Below are positions 54,688-64,000 of a stretch of 64,000 nt of DNA, piece by piece. The notes beneath the pieces were generated by a model. It was not told where the DNA came from and ran no database searches. It saw only the letters and a program-made list of their open reading frames with translations. Made by a program: the position numbers and the translations under genes. Every line of letters starts with the position of its first letter. The first letter of the stretch is position 1. The DNA comes from an uncultured Desulfospira sp. (GTDB lineage: Bacteria > Desulfobacterota > Desulfobacteria > Desulfobacterales > Desulfobacteraceae): positions 96,001 through 160,000 of the forward strand of contig OY760175.1 of NCBI GenBank assembly GCA_963663165.1, given 5' to 3'.

Positions 54688-55590
54688 TTGTCTTCCCCCA
54701 AACCTGTGATTCTGATTGTGGATGATGTCAAGGCCAATGTCAGTCTGCCGGCCAAAAAGCTTTCCAAAGAATACGAATGCCTCACCGCCATAAACGGCGA
54801 GGAGGCGTTAAACGCTATGGAATCCCATCAGCCGGACCTCATCTTACTCGATGTCCTCATGCCGGGGATGGACGGCTTTGAAGTCTGCCGCCGCATCAAG
54901 GATAACGACCGGCTTCAAAATATCCCCGTGGTATTTATCACCAGCCTGGAAGAAGATGCCGACGAAACCAGGGGGCTGGCCTTAGGCGCTGCAGATTATA
55001 TTCGTAAGCCGTTTCGCATGCCCATCGTCAAAGCCCGCATCAAGAACCATATCGCCTTGAAGCACGCTTTGGACCTTCTTGAGGAGCAGGCGTTTATTGA
55101 CGGCCTGACCTCGATTCCCAACCGCCGAAGGTTCAACGAAATCCTGGACAAAGAATGGTACCGGGCCATGCGGAACAGGTCCCCGCTGTCCTTGATTCTC
55201 ATGGATATCGATTATTTTAAAAAATATAATGACAACTACGGGCATCAGAAAGGAGACGACTGCCTTCGCAAGGTCGGCTGCGCGTTGAAGAACGCCATGA
55301 AACGTTCCGCTGATCTGGTTGCCCGGTATGGCGGTGAGGAGTTTGCCGCCATCCTTCCGGACACGGACAGCCAGGGCGCCTTGAGCGCCGCCGGCAATAT
55401 CAAAGAGGCGTTTGAGGCGCTGGCGATTCCCCATGAATATTCCGCTGCCGCACCCCATGTAACGGTCAGCCAGGGCGCCGCCACGTTCCAGCCGGACAGA
55501 TCCCAGAGTTTTGAGATCATCATCCGGGCAGCGGACACGGCATTGTACAAGGCCAAAGAAGCCGGGCGAAACCAGGTGGCCCTGGGATAG
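54688..55590 (+). CDS. Response-regulator diguanylate cyclase (REC-GGDEF)
   Basis: IVDD, LLDVLMPGMDG, KP; DGLT..NRR, DIDYFK.YND.YGH, RSAD I-site, RYGGEEF; TTG start after AAGGAG. Confidence 0.93.
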   Translation: MSSPKPVILIVDDVKANVSLPAKKLSKEYECLTAINGEEALNAMESHQPDLILLDVLMPGMDGFEVCRRIKDNDRLQNIPVVFITSLEEDADETRGLALGAADYIRKPFRMPIVKARIKNHIALKHALDLLEEQAFIDGLTSIPNRRRFNEILDKEWYRAMRNRSPLSLILMDIDYFKKYNDNYGHQKGDDCLRKVGCALKNAMKRSADLVARYGGEEFAAILPDTDSQGALSAAGNIKEAFEALAIPHEYSAAAPHVTVSQGAATFQPDRSQSFEIIIRAADTALYKAKEAGRNQVALG

Positions 55591-55618
55591 CCAGGAATCC
55601 AAGACCCTTAATGGAGAC

Positions 55619-57570
55619 ATGTCAATGGTTGCTTTTTTACATAAAGCCGATGAGATTTATCCGGCCGGAACTTGCAATGAATGTACCATCTCTTTTTTGA
55701 CCACCGTGATGGATTCGTTGAAAGACGGTATTCTGGCGGCGGACGAGTCCGGCCGGGTAAAGATGTGGATTGCCGGGTTTGGTGCCATGTGGCAGCTGTC
55801 CCGCCAGGATTTGTCGGGCCGGAACCTCAAGGCGGTGGCCCAGATGACGGCAAAAAGGGTTGAGACTGACGGATCCGATATGTTTCCCGTCCTGGACTAT
55901 TTTTTTTCAAAGGGGAAACCTGCCCTGGAACTGTCATTAAAAAACGGCGAGATTATTGAAATCCATTCCAGGGGCCTGTGCTGCGATCCGGAAGATGGCC
56001 GCATCTGGGTTTTCCGTGATGTCACCCAAGAGCGCTGGAAAGAAAAAAAATTTGATGATGCCAACCGGCGCTTATCCGATATCATTGAATTTTTGCCCGA
56101 ACCCACCATGGTGGTGGACGAGAACGGAATCATTGTGGTGTGGAACAAGGCCATTGAAGAGGTCTCCGGGGTAAAAAAAGAGGATATCATTGGAAAAGGC
56201 AACTATGTCCAGACCCTGCATTCCTCAGGGGACATGCTGCTGGCCATTATCAACGACATCCTTGATTTTTCCAAAATTGAAGCCGACCAGGTGGAGCTGG
56301 AATCCGTGCCCTTTGACCTCATTGACCTGGTTGAGGGAACCGGCCGGATCCTGGGGAGCAAGGCCCATGAAAAAGGCCTGGAGCTGGCCTACCGGGTGAA
56401 CCCCCAGGTCCATCGGTACGTGCTGGGTGATCCCACCCGGCTTAAGCAGATTCTGATCAATCTGTTGAGCAATGCCATCAAGTTTACCGAAAAAGGGGCG
56501 GTCACCCTGAACATTCACCCGGGACCGGACCCTGAAGACAAAGAAATGATCCGGATCGAAGTCCGTATGCAGGTGGCTGAAAAGCTCAGGCGATTTACCC
56601 TTCAGCACCGCCGGATATTATCCTCAACACCTCCTGTGATATATCAAAACATCGTGGCCAGGGGAATGATCCGGCCCTGGACGGGGTATTGTCCAAACCC
56701 ATCAAACGGTCGGACCTGATGGGCATACTGTCTAAAATTATGGGCCATCCCCCTCAGGCCGGAACCTTGACCGATGAAAAAAAACACGGCTGGGACTTTA
56801 ATGGGCTGCACCTGCTTCTCGTGGAGGATATTCCGGCCAATCGGAATGTTATTCATAAATTTCTGAGCAAAACCGGCATCCGCATTACCGAAGCGGTGAA
56901 TGGGCAAAGCGCGGTTGAAATTTATGCCCGGGAGGGCCAAACCTTTGATATCGTGCTCATGGACAAGGAAATGCCCATCATGGACGGCCTGACCGCCACC
57001 CGGGAAATCCGCCGCATGGAAAAGGACCAGGGGCGTTCACCGGTCCCCATTGTGGCGCTGACGGCGCATGCCTTTGACCAGAACAAGAAACAATGCCTGG
57101 CGGCCGGCTGTGATGATTTTTTATCCAAGCCGGTAAAGAAAAAGGAATTACTCACGGTCATGGGAAAATTCATGGCTTCGGGCGGGGATTCCCCATTGAC
57201 GGAACAGGCGGATGAAGTCCGGAATCCCTCCAATGATTCAGGCCGGGTCCTGTCATCTGCCTTAATGGAACCGGTGACCGTTGAAGTGGATGAAGATCTC
57301 GAGGACCTGATGGCTGAATTCCTTGAAGAACTTGACCAGGCCATGGCGACCATGGCCAGGGCCGTTGAAACTGGGGATTATGAGGATCTTCGCCGCCTGG
57401 CCCACGGCTACAAAGGGGCCGCCGGCAACTACGGCCTGCAGCCGCTCTATGATATTTATCTGGAACTTGAACATGCCGCCAGGGCTCAGGACAGTGAAAT
57501 ATCCCTGGAAAGTCTTGACAGGGCAAAAGAGATGCTGTCACGGATGGAGATTCGGTATATTGAGGTATAG
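55619..57570 (+). pseudogene. Decayed hybrid sensor kinase (PAS-PAS'-HisKA'-HATPase'-REC'-REC-HPt); the REC-HPt tail 56689-57570 is still open
   Basis: PAS joined directly to the HisKA second helix (no H-box); N-box present but G-boxes absent; frameshift near 56590; intact REC (LVED, MDKEMPIMDG, KP) and HPt (AHGYKG). Confidence 0.82.
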
Positions 57571-57692
57571 ACTTGGGACTTGAGATATGGGGTTTGGGAG
57601 CATTATGGACCGTTAAAGTTAGGGGATCAGGCTGAAGGCCGAAGGGGTTTAGGGTTGCGCATCCCTTCAGCCTAACAACCTTCAGCCTAATC
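57568..57692. repeat. Adjacent heptamer arrays (TGGGAYW arm, then GCTGAAG/CTTCAGC hairpin)
   Basis: tagact tgggact tgagata tggggtt tggga; ggctgaa ggccgaa gg ... ccttcagcctaacaa ccttcagcctaa. Confidence 0.7.
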
Positions 57693-57776
57693 CCCTATAT
57701 TATATTGGAGCTCTTGACACCGCCAGAAATGTGGGCCATAAAAGCTCTATTGAGCCACCAAAAAGGAGACAACATC

Positions 57777-57917
57777 ATGTGTCAAGAAAAATGCGGCTGC
57801 CAATTTCCTGAAAAATTAAAAACCAAGCCCGGCGAATGCACCCCGGAACAGATTAAAAAATGCCACGGGGACACGGCTGATCATCCGTGTGCCTGCAAGG
57901 AAAAAGAAAAGAAATAA
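57777..57917 (+). CDS. 46-aa Cys/His-rich small protein (possible metal binder)
   Basis: AAGGAG RBS; MCQEKCGCQFPEKLKTKPGECTPEQIKKCHGDTADHPCACKEKEKK; followed by a hairpin. Confidence 0.75.
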   Translation: MCQEKCGCQFPEKLKTKPGECTPEQIKKCHGDTADHPCACKEKEKK

Positions 57918-57938
57918 AGGGGATTGTTATCCCCTTTA
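57915..57938. terminator. Probable bidirectional intrinsic terminator between convergent genes
   Basis: taaaggggat-tgtt-atccccttta; upstream A-run gives a U-tract on the minus strand. Confidence 0.65.
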
Positions 57939-57977
57939 CAAGATCCGGCTGTTATCAGGATATTTCCAAGGCCGGCA

Positions 57978-59525
57978 TTAAAATTTTGTGGGCCAGTTGG
58001 CCAGCCTGTGTTCGCTGATGCCCTTGTCCTTTGAGTTTCGGATAAGGTTTAAAACACTGATCAGGTAATTTCTAGTCTGCCGCGGGTCGATAATATCTTG
58101 AAGATAATAGTCACCGGCGGCCGGGTAGGGGGATAAATCGCCGATCATTTCATTGATTCTCTTTTCCCTTTGAGCAGTTGAAAGATTACCAAATACTACA
58201 TCCCCCGCAATCATTGGGTCCATAAATCCCATTTCCGCCGTGGGCCAGGCCACAATAAAGTCAGGACCGGAACCGGTGCCGCACATGTTGCCATGGGCCT
58301 GGCCGTAGCTTTTTCGGATGATGATGGATATTTTGGGTACGGTGACTTGAAAAAGCGCCTGCATGGCATTGACTACTTTTGCACTGACCTTGTTTAACTC
58401 AGCATTTTTTCCCACAAAATGGCCGGGTGTATCGTGTAAAAAAAGAAGGGGAATATTATAGGAATCTGAAAGACAGAGCATGCTTGTCAGTTTATCCAGT
58501 GCGTTGGTATCGGCTGCCCCCACATTTACCATCGGGTTATTGGCAATGATGCCGATAACTTCACCGTTGATCCGTGCAAAGCATGTTACCATCATGGTCC
58601 CGAGTTCCGGTTTTAATTCAAACAGTTTCCCGTTATCCACGAAACACTCGATAATACGGTGGATATCATAGGCTCGCTTACGATTTTCAGGCAGCAGGTC
58701 CAGGATATTGTCCAGCGGTTCATTGGACATTTTGGGAACAGGGCCCTTAGGCGGCAGTTCACCCGAATGGCTGGGCATAAAACTTAAGTATTCCCTGATG
58801 ATTTTAAAGCAGTGGTCTTCATCTTCGGCAACCTGATCCACCAATCCGGTTTTCTTTGAATGAATATCCCATCCCCCCATTTCTTCGGCGCTGTGTTTCT
58901 GGCCGATGGCACGTTCAAGTGCCCGGGGACCGGATATGGAAATACCACTGCCTTTCACCTGAACCACAAAGTCAGCCAGGCAGGCCTCAAAATCGGCAAC
59001 ACCATAACACTCCCCCATGGCGGCAAAAATAAAGGGCTGTTTCCGAAAATGGGTATACTCCGGCATCAGTCCGTTTAAATCACCACCGGTAAGAGACAGG
59101 ACCCCTTTTGATCCCTGGCAGTCAGGCATCCGGGCCCCCCCTGCTTCCCCTAGCCAGATCAGGGGTATCCCAAACCGGTCTTTGACCTGGGTTTTAAATT
59201 GCAGCACTTTTTTTAAATTAATTCTGGCATTTGTTGATGCCAGTACGGTAAAGTCATTGGCAACAATGCCCACATGACGGCCGTCTATCTGGCCAAATCC
59301 GCAAATAAGCCCGTCAGCCGGGGTTTTTTCTTCCATTCCAGGCCAGTCCGAGTGGGCAAACATGCCAAGCTCCAAAAAGGAGTCTTTATCCAGTAAACGG
59401 TCAATGCGTTCTCTGGCCGTATACCGTCCTTTATCATGTTGTTTTTTTATTTTTTCAGGACCCCCCATTTGAAGGGCTTTTTGACGCTTTTCTTCTAATT
59501 CTTCAAGCAGTTTTTCAAATGCCAT
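57978..59525 (-). CDS. Acyl-CoA carboxylase/decarboxylase carboxyltransferase subunit (PccB/MmdA family)
   Basis: GGPEKIKKQH.KGRYTARERI..LLD, PADG, GGARM, DTPG, IIRKSYG, AWPTAE, IIDP..TR; ATG after AGGAG. Confidence 0.9.
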   Translation of the reverse strand: MAFEKLLEELEEKRQKALQMGGPEKIKKQHDKGRYTARERIDRLLDKDSFLELGMFAHSDWPGMEEKTPADGLICGFGQIDGRHVGIVANDFTVLASTNARINLKKVLQFKTQVKDRFGIPLIWLGEAGGARMPDCQGSKGVLSLTGGDLNGLMPEYTHFRKQPFIFAAMGECYGVADFEACLADFVVQVKGSGISISGPRALERAIGQKHSAEEMGGWDIHSKKTGLVDQVAEDEDHCFKIIREYLSFMPSHSGELPPKGPVPKMSNEPLDNILDLLPENRKRAYDIHRIIECFVDNGKLFELKPELGTMMVTCFARINGEVIGIIANNPMVNVGAADTNALDKLTSMLCLSDSYNIPLLFLHDTPGHFVGKNAELNKVSAKVVNAMQALFQVTVPKISIIIRKSYGQAHGNMCGTGSGPDFIVAWPTAEMGFMDPMIAGDVVFGNLSTAQREKRINEMIGDLSPYPAAGDYYLQDIIDPRQTRNYLISVLNLIRNSKDKGISEHRLANWPTKF

Positions 59526-59547
59526 TTGGATCTTTCTCCTCTTAGGG

Positions 59548-60915
59548 TCAACTGTACTCTTTGATAAAAACATCGGTTTTTCGCTTGGATCTTTCAAGTG
59601 TTCCGGGTCTGAGCCACTCAATGGACGGACGAATTTTCAACTTGTTATGCAGACGAAGGCTGATGTCATGGTCCAGACCTTTCAGGTCATCATCACGGAT
59701 ATCCGCGCCATGTTCGATTCTCAGCTTCAGCGGCGGGTCAACCCGGGGGGGCGGCTGGGTGAGTACGATGCGCATTTCTCCGGTTACCCGGGGAAAAAAG
59801 GCGGCCACCTCTTTTTTGATGGCAGCCGGATATACATTGGACCCTTTGACAATCAACATATCGTCCGATCGCCCGATAATTTTGACCCGGGGGCCTTTAA
59901 AGCCGCATCCGGGGCATTCTTTGGTAAAAACCTGTACAATATCCCCGTAGGCGTATTTAACCAGGGGACATGCCTTGCGGCGGAGCATTGTAACAACGAT
60001 TTCTCCGATGGCACCATCGGTTATTTCAATGGGTTTCTTGGTTACAGGATCAACCAGATCCTGATAGGTGGTGCATAAATGGGGCGCGTGGCAATGAAGC
60101 CCATAATATTCATTACTGTCACAGGAAACGCCGGCAGCAACGCCGCAAACCGCATAAAAATCATATGCCCGGCATCCATATAAATTTTCTATTTTCTGTT
60201 TAACCTCCGGGATGGACGCCCAAGGCTCACCCGTTAATTTCAACCCTTTGAATCCGAGCTCCCTGATATCCTTTTTCAGGATTTCAGGTGCTTTTTCCGC
60301 CAGGTACAGGGCCAGGGAAGGGGTACACAGCAGCCAGTTCGCTTTGGTGGTTTCGGCAAAGTTCAGTATCAATTCGCTGCCGGCGCGAACATCAATATCA
60401 ATGGGCAGGGCACCAATATGCCGCAGTCCCCATAATCCCATACTTGTGGCATAAATCCCCAAGGCAAAGCAGAACATCACCCGGTCCCCTTTTTCAATGC
60501 CGACAGTGGAGAACTGGAAGCCTAAAGTCGGGGCCAATACTTCCATATCTTTTTGGGTAAACGTATAGGTAAAGGTTGAAATACCAGTGGTTCCGGAAGT
60601 CGTTCCGGTCAGGTATACATCTTCAGGGGGCGCGCAAAGGTGCATTCCAAAAGGATGGCCGAACCTTTTCATTGATTCAAGATGATTTTCGCGTTCATGC
60701 TCCTTGGTCATCATAATGGGGAGGCGCTTTAAGTCATCCAGTGTTTTTATCTCCTCCGGCTCAACACCGATTTCATTAAATTTTTTTTTATAAAAATCCG
60801 AATGGTCATAACAATATTTAAGCTGCTCAGATAAATAGACCTCTTGCTCGCGACGGATTTCTTCCATCGACATGTGGTTATACTCGGGTATGGCGTAGGT
60901 AATCTTTCCATCCAT
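59548..60915 (-). CDS. Phenylacetate-CoA ligase family acyl-CoA synthetase
   Basis: TTSGTTG, TPS.A, TGEP, GEIVVT.L....PLVKY..GD, GRSDDMLIVKG.NVYP. Confidence 0.9.
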   Translation of the reverse strand: MDGKITYAIPEYNHMSMEEIRREQEVYLSEQLKYCYDHSDFYKKKFNEIGVEPEEIKTLDDLKRLPIMMTKEHERENHLESMKRFGHPFGMHLCAPPEDVYLTGTTSGTTGISTFTYTFTQKDMEVLAPTLGFQFSTVGIEKGDRVMFCFALGIYATSMGLWGLRHIGALPIDIDVRAGSELILNFAETTKANWLLCTPSLALYLAEKAPEILKKDIRELGFKGLKLTGEPWASIPEVKQKIENLYGCRAYDFYAVCGVAAGVSCDSNEYYGLHCHAPHLCTTYQDLVDPVTKKPIEITDGAIGEIVVTMLRRKACPLVKYAYGDIVQVFTKECPGCGFKGPRVKIIGRSDDMLIVKGSNVYPAAIKKEVAAFFPRVTGEMRIVLTQPPPRVDPPLKLRIEHGADIRDDDLKGLDHDISLRLHNKLKIRPSIEWLRPGTLERSKRKTDVFIKEYS

Positions 60916-61077
60916 GAAACCGGTCCTCCATTGATATGATAAAACTTAAAATTAATATAACTATTCATCAGTGCCCCATCTTCAATTTAATTGAAATTAT
61001 AGGACAATTTGTTGCTTCAGGGCCGGATTAACAACCTGGCCGGCTTTTTTAAGGTTTTGCCCTTTAGGATATGGCCG

Positions 61078-62397
61078 TTACCGGGTTTGAAAAACCAGGT
61101 CCGGCAGCCACAATGCAATCTGAGGAAATACAATGACGATTATAAGGGCTAACAACTGAATTAAAACAAATGGAATCACACTTTTATACAGGTCTATCAT
61201 GGTGATGCCCGGGGGCACGATTGTTTTCAGATAAAACAGATTGAACCCAAAGGGCGGGGTCAGGTAAGCCATCTCCATATTAATCGTAAACAGGATGCCG
61301 AACCAGACCGGATCAAACCCAAGCTCTTTGATAATGGGAACAAAAATCGGAACCGTTATCATAATGATGCCGCCGGGATCCATGAGCATGCCAAGAAAAA
61401 TATAGGTCAACTGCATGCCTGCCAGAATCAAATAAGCTGAAAACGGCAACTGGGTGACCAGTTCCTTTATAAATGCTATGGCACCAACGCTGGTGTACAA
61501 GGACGCAAAACATGATCCGCCGATAATAAGCCAGACCACCATGCAGGAAAGATTTTGCGTATGGGCACAGGCTTCTTTGAGCATCTTCCAGGACAGCTTG
61601 CCCCGGATGGCCGCACAAAAAATACTGCCCATTGTGCCCATGGCAGCTGATTCAGTCGGTGTGCAAACGCCGGTCAGAATTGTCCCGATGACAAGAACGA
61701 TCAGCAAAAGGGGAATAATTCCGCCGGTCAGGGATTTAAACCGTTCATTCCAGCTAGGCACTTCCTCCTTTGGCATCTCAGGTCCCAAGTGAGGCTGAAA
61801 ATGGCATCTAAGACTGATATAGGCCATAAACATAACCGCCAGCAAAAGCCCTGGAAAAACTCCGGCGGCAAAAAGCCTGCCAATGGATTCCGAAGCAAAA
61901 ACGCCGTACACGATCATGAGTATACTCGGCGGTATGAGGATTCCTAACCCGGCACCCGCTGCGATGGACCCAATGGCAATGGATTTGTCATAGTTGTGCT
62001 TGAGCATTGCCGGAAGGGCAATGATTCCCATGGTGACGCAGGCTGCGGCACTGATGCCGACGCAGGCCGCAAAGACGGTACATACCGCTACCGTTCCTAC
62101 GGCCAGTCCGCCCCGCCATTTGCCGATCCACTTGTACATGATATCGTAAGCCTCTTCGGCCACACCCGAATGCTGCAGAACCATTCCCATAAAAATAAAC
62201 AATGGAATGGCAATAAGGACAAAATTATCCGTTACCCCGTATGCAACACTGAACACCATGCCCAACGCGGCAGGCTTCCATAACAGCAATATAAAAAGGC
62301 AAGCGACGCCTCCCATACAAAAAGCAATGGGTAACCCCAGCATAAGCAACACAATAAGGGACACAAATATAAGCAGGGTGACGGCTGTTACACTCAT
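61078..62397 (-). CDS. dctM: TRAP transporter large permease
   Basis: AIPLFIFMG, GGLA, LGILIPPSI, TPTESAA, DPVWFG, LTPPFGFNLF. Confidence 0.95.
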   Translation of the reverse strand: MSVTAVTLLIFVSLIVLLMLGLPIAFCMGGVACLFILLLWKPAALGMVFSVAYGVTDNFVLIAIPLFIFMGMVLQHSGVAEEAYDIMYKWIGKWRGGLAVGTVAVCTVFAACVGISAAACVTMGIIALPAMLKHNYDKSIAIGSIAAGAGLGILIPPSILMIVYGVFASESIGRLFAAGVFPGLLLAVMFMAYISLRCHFQPHLGPEMPKEEVPSWNERFKSLTGGIIPLLLIVLVIGTILTGVCTPTESAAMGTMGSIFCAAIRGKLSWKMLKEACAHTQNLSCMVVWLIIGGSCFASLYTSVGAIAFIKELVTQLPFSAYLILAGMQLTYIFLGMLMDPGGIIMITVPIFVPIIKELGFDPVWFGILFTINMEMAYLTPPFGFNLFYLKTIVPPGITMIDLYKSVIPFVLIQLLALIIVIVFPQIALWLPDLVFQTR

Positions 62398-62894
62398 GAC
62401 GCATCCCCCTTAAATAGAATCCCAAGATCGGTTATGAACTTGGAAATACCCTGGAGCAACAGAAGAAAACATCCAATGGAGATCAAGATCTTCATATGGT
62501 ATACCGGCGGATTCCAGACAGTGCCGGAATGCTCGTCAAATTTAAGTGATTTCAGGCCGAACTCCCAACCCTTCCATGCCAGGGCAAAGCAGAAAAGAGC
62601 AAAGAACCAGAATGTCAGAACATCTAAAAAGGCCCGCCATCGTTTAGACAGAGTGCCGTAAAAAACATCCACATTGACATGGCCCTTTGACAGGAAGGTA
62701 ACCGCCCCTCCGAATATAATATAAATACCAAAGATCATGGCCGATAGTTCATGGGCCCAAAGCGTTGGCGATTTAAAGATATACCGTGCCACTACTTCAA
62801 AGCAGATAACCAGGCTCATAACGATAATCAAAAATGACGTAATTCTTCCTGCCAGTTCACTTAGAGAATTGATCAGGCGAAGCACAGAACCCAT
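62394..62894 (-). CDS. dctQ: TRAP transporter small permease
   Basis: EVVARYIF..PT.WA.E, GHVNVD, 4 TM; ATGA overlap with dctM. Confidence 0.93.
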   Translation of the reverse strand: MGSVLRLINSLSELAGRITSFLIIVMSLVICFEVVARYIFKSPTLWAHELSAMIFGIYIIFGGAVTFLSKGHVNVDVFYGTLSKRWRAFLDVLTFWFFALFCFALAWKGWEFGLKSLKFDEHSGTVWNPPVYHMKILISIGCFLLLLQGISKFITDLGILFKGDAS

Positions 62895-62942
62895 TGTTTT
62901 CTCCCATGGTAACGGTTTAAAGATGTGTTAACGCGATATGGG

Positions 62943-64000
62943 TTACCATGGTAACGGCGTGATGCCCGGACAGATCTCTTTTTCCGTCATGTAGTCTTCA
63001 ACCATTTTCAGTACTTTTGCATTTAACGGGTGCTTTTCGCCCAGGTCCTTCAATGTTTTCTGTGCCAGCACCTTGGCCTGTTCCTGCTCTTCTTGCGGCA
63101 GTTTGACGATATTTACACCAAAATCCTTATGCATGAATTTAAGGGCCCTGTGATAAAATACCCGGGTTTGCGCGTCCGCTACTTTGCCTGTAAGCAAGGA
63201 CGCATTCTCAAATGCGGTTTGTTGTTCCGGTGAAAACGAATTCCAGACATCCAGATTGATGAGCACAACATTCCATGCCCCGATCAAGGGTTCCGGCAGC
63301 ATGTAGTTTTTCAATACTTCGTGAAACTTCATCTCCGACATGGGGCCTGCGTCTCCCCAGCTGGCACCGTCAACAACGCCCGTTGCAAGGCCTGTGTACA
63401 ATTCCGTGGCAGGAATAAAAACAACCGAAGCGCCTGCTTTTGAAAGCCAGGTGGCCAGCGTGCTGTGGCTTCGCATTTTGGTGCCTTTCAGATCGGCAAG
63501 GGTATTGATGGGTTTATTGCTCATCAGCCCGATATTATAAGACTCTACGGGAATGATATATAAATTATGTTTTTTAAATTCCTCCCTAAGGATTTGAATA
63601 TACCCCCGGTGCCACATGAAAACCTGGGCATCATGAAGATTTTCAAATGCATAGGGAAGGCCGCCCATGATTTCTGCTACCGGCACCAGGCCGGCACAAT
63701 ATCCGCCTACAAAATAGGCCATATCGATCATTCCCATACATGCGGCATTAATCATCTCTTTCACCGGGACCAGCGCACCGCCCGGAAAAGGGGTAATCTT
63801 GATCTCACCATGGGTTATTTTTTCCACCAAAGGACAAAAGCAATCCTGTGTGCAGCGCTTGAACTCATCTCCGGTAGAGAAATGCTGAAGCTTTAAGTTA
63901 AATGTCTTCTGGGCAGCCGGGCAAGGACTAAAAAGCATGAGACTGATCACAATGCCGATCATAAGACATTCAATACTTCGGGTACGCCCTGTTTTTCTTT
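62943..64000 (-). CDS. dctP: TRAP transporter substrate-binding protein (frame open to the right edge; start probably just outside the window)
   Basis: Signal-like N-terminus, FPGGALV, KPI.TLADLKG.KMR, ELYTGLATGVVDG. Confidence 0.92.
   Translation of the reverse strand, partial: RKTGRTRSIECLMIGIVISLMLFSPCPAAQKTFNLKLQHFSTGDEFKRCTQDCFCPLVEKITHGEIKITPFPGGALVPVKEMINAACMGMIDMAYFVGGYCAGLVPVAEIMGGLPYAFENLHDAQVFMWHRGYIQILREEFKKHNLYIIPVESYNIGLMSNKPINTLADLKGTKMRSHSTLATWLSKAGASVVFIPATELYTGLATGVVDGASWGDAGPMSEMKFHEVLKNYMLPEPLIGAWNVVLINLDVWNSFSPEQQTAFENASLLTGKVADAQTRVFYHRALKFMHKDFGVNIVKLPQEEQEQAKVLAQKTLKDLGEKHPLNAKVLKMVEDYMTEKEICPGITPLPW

Noticed and set aside
1..64000. tRNA/rRNA genes, transposases, integrases, prophage genes
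   Set aside because: None recognised by eye in the ORFs or intergenic regions; a tRNAscan/Rfam run would be needed to exclude them fully.

Overview
Bacterial chromosomal DNA from a sulfate reducer, probably Desulfobacterales (inferred from dsrT-dsrM at the left edge and the gene repertoire). Main blocks, left to right: (1) dsrT/dsrM, pagL-like, rubrerythrin-like and xth genes; (2) an expanded MglA/MglB small-GTPase cluster with two extra roadblock-like genes, an HD-GYP protein, a DUF4388 protein and a repeat/acidic protein; (3) monomeric icd translationally coupled to an atypical Fic gene; (4) an ion-homeostasis cluster (Ca/Na antiporter, USP, MgtE, Na/Pi cotransporter, CdaA-YbbR fusion, DUF21); (5) citrate synthase plus FTR/glutaredoxin, divergent from a ~15 kb sigma54-type redox operon (hydroxy-acid oxidoreductase, flavodoxin, nqrA-F with an Fe-S-bearing NqrA, GltD-like and other flavoproteins, 2-oxoacid oxidoreductase, trxC); (6) a two-ATPase/TPR module resembling STAND/NLR systems, with a frameshift; (7) a divergent sigma54 locus with an uncalled 49-aa basic protein; (8) a diguanylate cyclase and a decayed hybrid kinase; (9) TRAP transporter, CoA ligase and carboxyltransferase genes. 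Intergenic DNA is rich in repeats: at least five heptamer families, a 125-144 bp palindromic element, a REP-like doublet, and a modular 90-bp structured repeat whose hairpins show compensatory base changes. No rRNA, tRNA, CRISPR array or transposase was recognised. All product calls come from motif recognition by eye, without database searches.
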